DNA of 64,000 nt from assembly GCA_963770835.1 (NCBI GenBank), contig CAVYRH010000026.1, forward strand, positions 288,001-352,000, written 5' to 3'. This DNA is from an uncultured Pseudomonadota bacterium. GTDB taxonomy: Bacteria > Oederibacteriota > Muellerivitia > Muellerivitales > Muellerivitaceae. Under the pieces are notes generated by a model. That model ran no database searches, was not told where the DNA came from, and saw only the letters and a list, made by a program, of their open reading frames with translations. Below are positions 61,429 through 64,000 of this stretch, one piece after another; position 1 is the first letter of the stretch; every line of letters starts with the position of its first letter. Made by a program: the position numbers and the translations under genes.

Positions 61429-64000
61429 ATGAAAATCTTAAAAGCTGCGTTGCCAAACCTCATCATCCTGTTGCTGGGTGCGAACCTTTCCGCGCTTTAC
61501 GCCCAAACCTTGCCCACCTCGTTTTCATGGACATCGACCGGGCCCCTCATTAGCCCCAAGAGCGACTCCACCCACAATATGATCGCGGTCAAGGACCCCT
61601 CTACCGTCTACTACAACGGCCAATACATTGTTTATGCCTCCTCGGTCAACTCCGCGGGCAACTATGGCATGGAATACCTGCACTTCACCGACTGGAGCCA
61701 GGCCGGCGCCGCAACCCCCTATTTCATGGACAACACCCCCGGCTTCTCGGGCTATCACACCGCGCCCCAAGTTTTCTATTTCGCCCCGCAGAAAAAGTGG
61801 TACCTGATCTTCCAGAGCGGCCAGCCGCAGTACTCCACCAACAGCGACCCCACCCAGCCCCAGAACTGGACCACTCCGACTAATTTCTTCGCGTCGCAGC
61901 CCTCGAGCGTGAGCGCTTGGATCGATTTCTGGATCATCAGCGATTCCACTAACGTCTACCTTTTCTTCTGCGGCGACAACGGGAACTTCTACCGGAGCTC
62001 GACGTCCCTCGCTAACTTCCCAAATGGTTTCAATACTCCCGTCATCGTCTACTCAGATTCCGAGTTCAATCTCTTCGAGGCCGACAATGTCTATACCGTC
62101 GAGCAAACCGGTACGTACCTGGCCGACGTCGAATGCATCGGCAGCGACGGACACCGTTTCTTCCGCGCCTTGAGCGCCCCCACCCTCGGCGGCGCCTGGA
62201 CTGCCCTTGGCAATACGGCGAGCCTCAATACTCCCTTTTTGGGAGCGCACAACGTCACCTTCCAATCCGGCGTCTCTAGCTGGACCAGCGACTTCAGCAG
62301 CGGCGGGGCGGTGATCGACGGCTATGACTCAACCGATTCCATCAACCTCAACAACCTGACCTTTCTCTACCAGGGCGACGTTCCCAATAGTGACTCCTAC
62401 AATCTGATTCCCTGGCAACTCGCCCTGGTATCCTCCAAGGCTAATACGACCACTAGCCCGACCGCCACCCCGACGCCGGTGCCGCCCACGGCCACACCCA
62501 CGCATACCAATACCCCTGTGCCCCCCACCGCCACCTTCACGTCCACCCGGACGGCCACCCCGGTGGTGGCCTCCACTTGGCGTGTGAACGCGGGTGGGCC
62601 GGCCTATGCCGATTCCTTGGGCAACCTCTGGGCCGCGGATGAGAACTTCAACGGTGGGTCCACCATCGCCCAGGGCGGGGCCGTCACGGGAACGAACGAC
62701 TCCACCCTTTACGATACCCAGCGCTACGGGACCAGTTTCAGCTATTCCTTCAACGTCCCGGCGGGCAGCTACCAGGTGACCCTGAAGCTGGCCGAAACCT
62801 ATTCGGGCGACTTCGCTTCGGGAGACCGGGTCTTCAACATCTCCATCAATGGGGCCGCGGTGGCCTCGAACCTGGACATCTTCGCCCAGGTGGGTTCCAA
62901 CACGGCGGACGACAAGGTGTACAACAACGTGTCGCCGGTGAACGGCGTCATCACCATCCAATTCACGGGTGGAACCAGCACGGACACCAACGCGGTGGTG
63001 GATGCTCTTCAGGTCATTCCCCAACCGCCCACGCCGACCTTTACTTTTACCGCCACTAAGACCTCGACGCCGTCGTCCACCCCGACTTCAACGGCCACCA
63101 GCACGGCCACGCCGACTCGGACGAATACATTGACAGCGACGCCGTCAAGCACGCCGACGAATACGCCGGTGCCGCCTACTGCTACATTTACCTTTACGGC
63201 GATTCCGCCTACGTCGACGTTCACCGTGACTCCTGTGCCCCCGACGGCGACGAATACACCGGTGCCCCCGACGGCAACCTTTACCTTTACTTCGGTGCCG
63301 CCCACGGTGACCTTCACTTTCACGGCCGTTCCGCCTACTTCCACGAACACGGCCTTGCCGCTTACAGCCACTGGCACGCCAGTGCCGCCAACGGTAACCA
63401 ATACGCCGGTTCCCCCGACAGTGACAAATACGCCTTTACCCCCAACGGCGACTAACACCCCATTGCCGCCAACTGCGACATTCACTTTCACGGCCGTTCC
63501 GCCAACGGCCACGCGGACCTTTACACCGGTTCCTCCCACGGCGACGGCGACTTTCACGCCCACTCCGGTGCCACCCACGCTGACCTTTACCCGTACCCCG
63601 GTGCCGCCGACCAATACGCCGACATTTACGGCCGTGCCTCCAACAGCCACTTTCACTCCGACACCGGTGCCGCCGACACCCACGAATACGATTGTGGTTT
63701 CCAGTGGCAGCTTTGAGGTGCAACTCTTGAGCGCCGTCACCGGCGCCAACACCAACAGCCCCCATCCCCAGATCCAGATCGTGAACACGGGGACCGGGCC
63801 CTTGAACCTGAACAATGTCACGGTCCGCTACTGGTTCAACTGCGACTGCACCACCCAAAGCCTGCAAGCCTGGGTGGACTGGGCCGGGTTGATGCCCAGC
63901 GGCGCGAACGTCACCGGCGACGTCCAGGTCTCGGTGCAGTCCACTTCACTCGGCGGGCAGACCGACTACGTCCTCTATAGCTTCACGGGGAACATGGTGC
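61429..64000 (+). CDS. GH62 alpha-L-arabinofuranosidase + malectin + T/P stalk + CBM3 (3'-truncated; absent from the ORF track)
   Basis: AAGGAG RBS, ATG 61429, frame open to the window end. LPTSFSWTSTGPLISPK, VKDPS.VYYNG, APQVFYFAPQKKWYL, WIDFW, GDNGNFYRS, LFEA.NVY, FLYQG. Confidence 0.9.
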   Translation, partial: MKILKAALPNLIILLLGANLSALYAQTLPTSFSWTSTGPLISPKSDSTHNMIAVKDPSTVYYNGQYIVYASSVNSAGNYGMEYLHFTDWSQAGAATPYFMDNTPGFSGYHTAPQVFYFAPQKKWYLIFQSGQPQYSTNSDPTQPQNWTTPTNFFASQPSSVSAWIDFWIISDSTNVYLFFCGDNGNFYRSSTSLANFPNGFNTPVIVYSDSEFNLFEADNVYTVEQTGTYLADVECIGSDGHRFFRALSAPTLGGAWTALGNTASLNTPFLGAHNVTFQSGVSSWTSDFSSGGAVIDGYDSTDSINLNNLTFLYQGDVPNSDSYNLIPWQLALVSSKANTTTSPTATPTPVPPTATPTHTNTPVPPTATFTSTRTATPVVASTWRVNAGGPAYADSLGNLWAADENFNGGSTIAQGGAVTGTNDSTLYDTQRYGTSFSYSFNVPAGSYQVTLKLAETYSGDFASGDRVFNISINGAAVASNLDIFAQVGSNTADDKVYNNVSPVNGVITIQFTGGTSTDTNAVVDALQVIPQPPTPTFTFTATKTSTPSSTPTSTATSTATPTRTNTLTATPSSTPTNTPVPPTATFTFTAIPPTSTFTVTPVPPTATNTPVPPTATFTFTSVPPTVTFTFTAVPPTSTNTALPLTATGTPVPPTVTNTPVPPTVTNTPLPPTATNTPLPPTATFTFTAVPPTATRTFTPVPPTATATFTPTPVPPTLTFTRTPVPPTNTPTFTAVPPTATFTPTPVPPTPTNTIVVSSGSFEVQLLSAVTGANTNSPHPQIQIVNTGTGPLNLNNVTVRYWFNCDCTTQSLQAWVDWAGLMPSGANVTGDVQVSVQSTSLGGQTDYVLYSFTGNMV

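Noticed and set aside
98..63821. Many long minus-strand Val/Gly/Ala-rich ORFs (e.g. 98-904, 4348-5415, 31165-32589, 63009-63821)
   Set aside because: Antisense shadows of ACN/CCN-rich T/P stalks. No RBS or domain signal.
1..64000. tRNA, rRNA or known riboswitches
   Set aside because: None recognised by eye. An Rfam/tRNAscan run would be needed to exclude them.

Overview
A GC-rich bacterial window, almost all on the + strand, dominated by a plant-polysaccharide secretome. It holds about 15 very large exported proteins built as signal peptide + catalytic or beta-propeller head + Thr/Pro/Ser stalk (usually hundreds of residues) + C-terminal 'Y/FPNP...LANGLY...KLLILR'-type domain resembling a T9SS type-A sorting signal. 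Heads include GH44, PL4, GH53, GH28, GH74, two GH30s, GH62, an M12B-like metallopeptidase, two NHL-repeat proteins and a Kelch protein. Five hemicellulase/pectinase genes share a CBM3+CTD cassette. The most striking feature is a four-gene cassette present twice (19.4-23.5 kb and 53.7-58.2 kb): ECF sigma, membrane anti-sigma ending in a FlgD/CTD-like Ig domain, PorV/UPF0164-like outer-membrane barrel with TPR tail, and a non-catalytic carbohydrate-binding protein with its own CTD subtype. Each copy sits directly upstream of CBM3 CAZymes, with a recurring GGAATA promoter-like motif. I propose this is a trans-envelope polysaccharide-sensing system built from T9SS-like parts (inference). Also present: an IS1595-family element, a degenerate palindrome-rich repeat array, an AraC+GH30 segment bracketed by a duplicated pirin 3' end, palindromic MITE-like elements (one in frame within a signal peptide) and several single-base frameshifts that may be sequencing errors. 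All family calls come from motif recognition by eye; no database searches were run.
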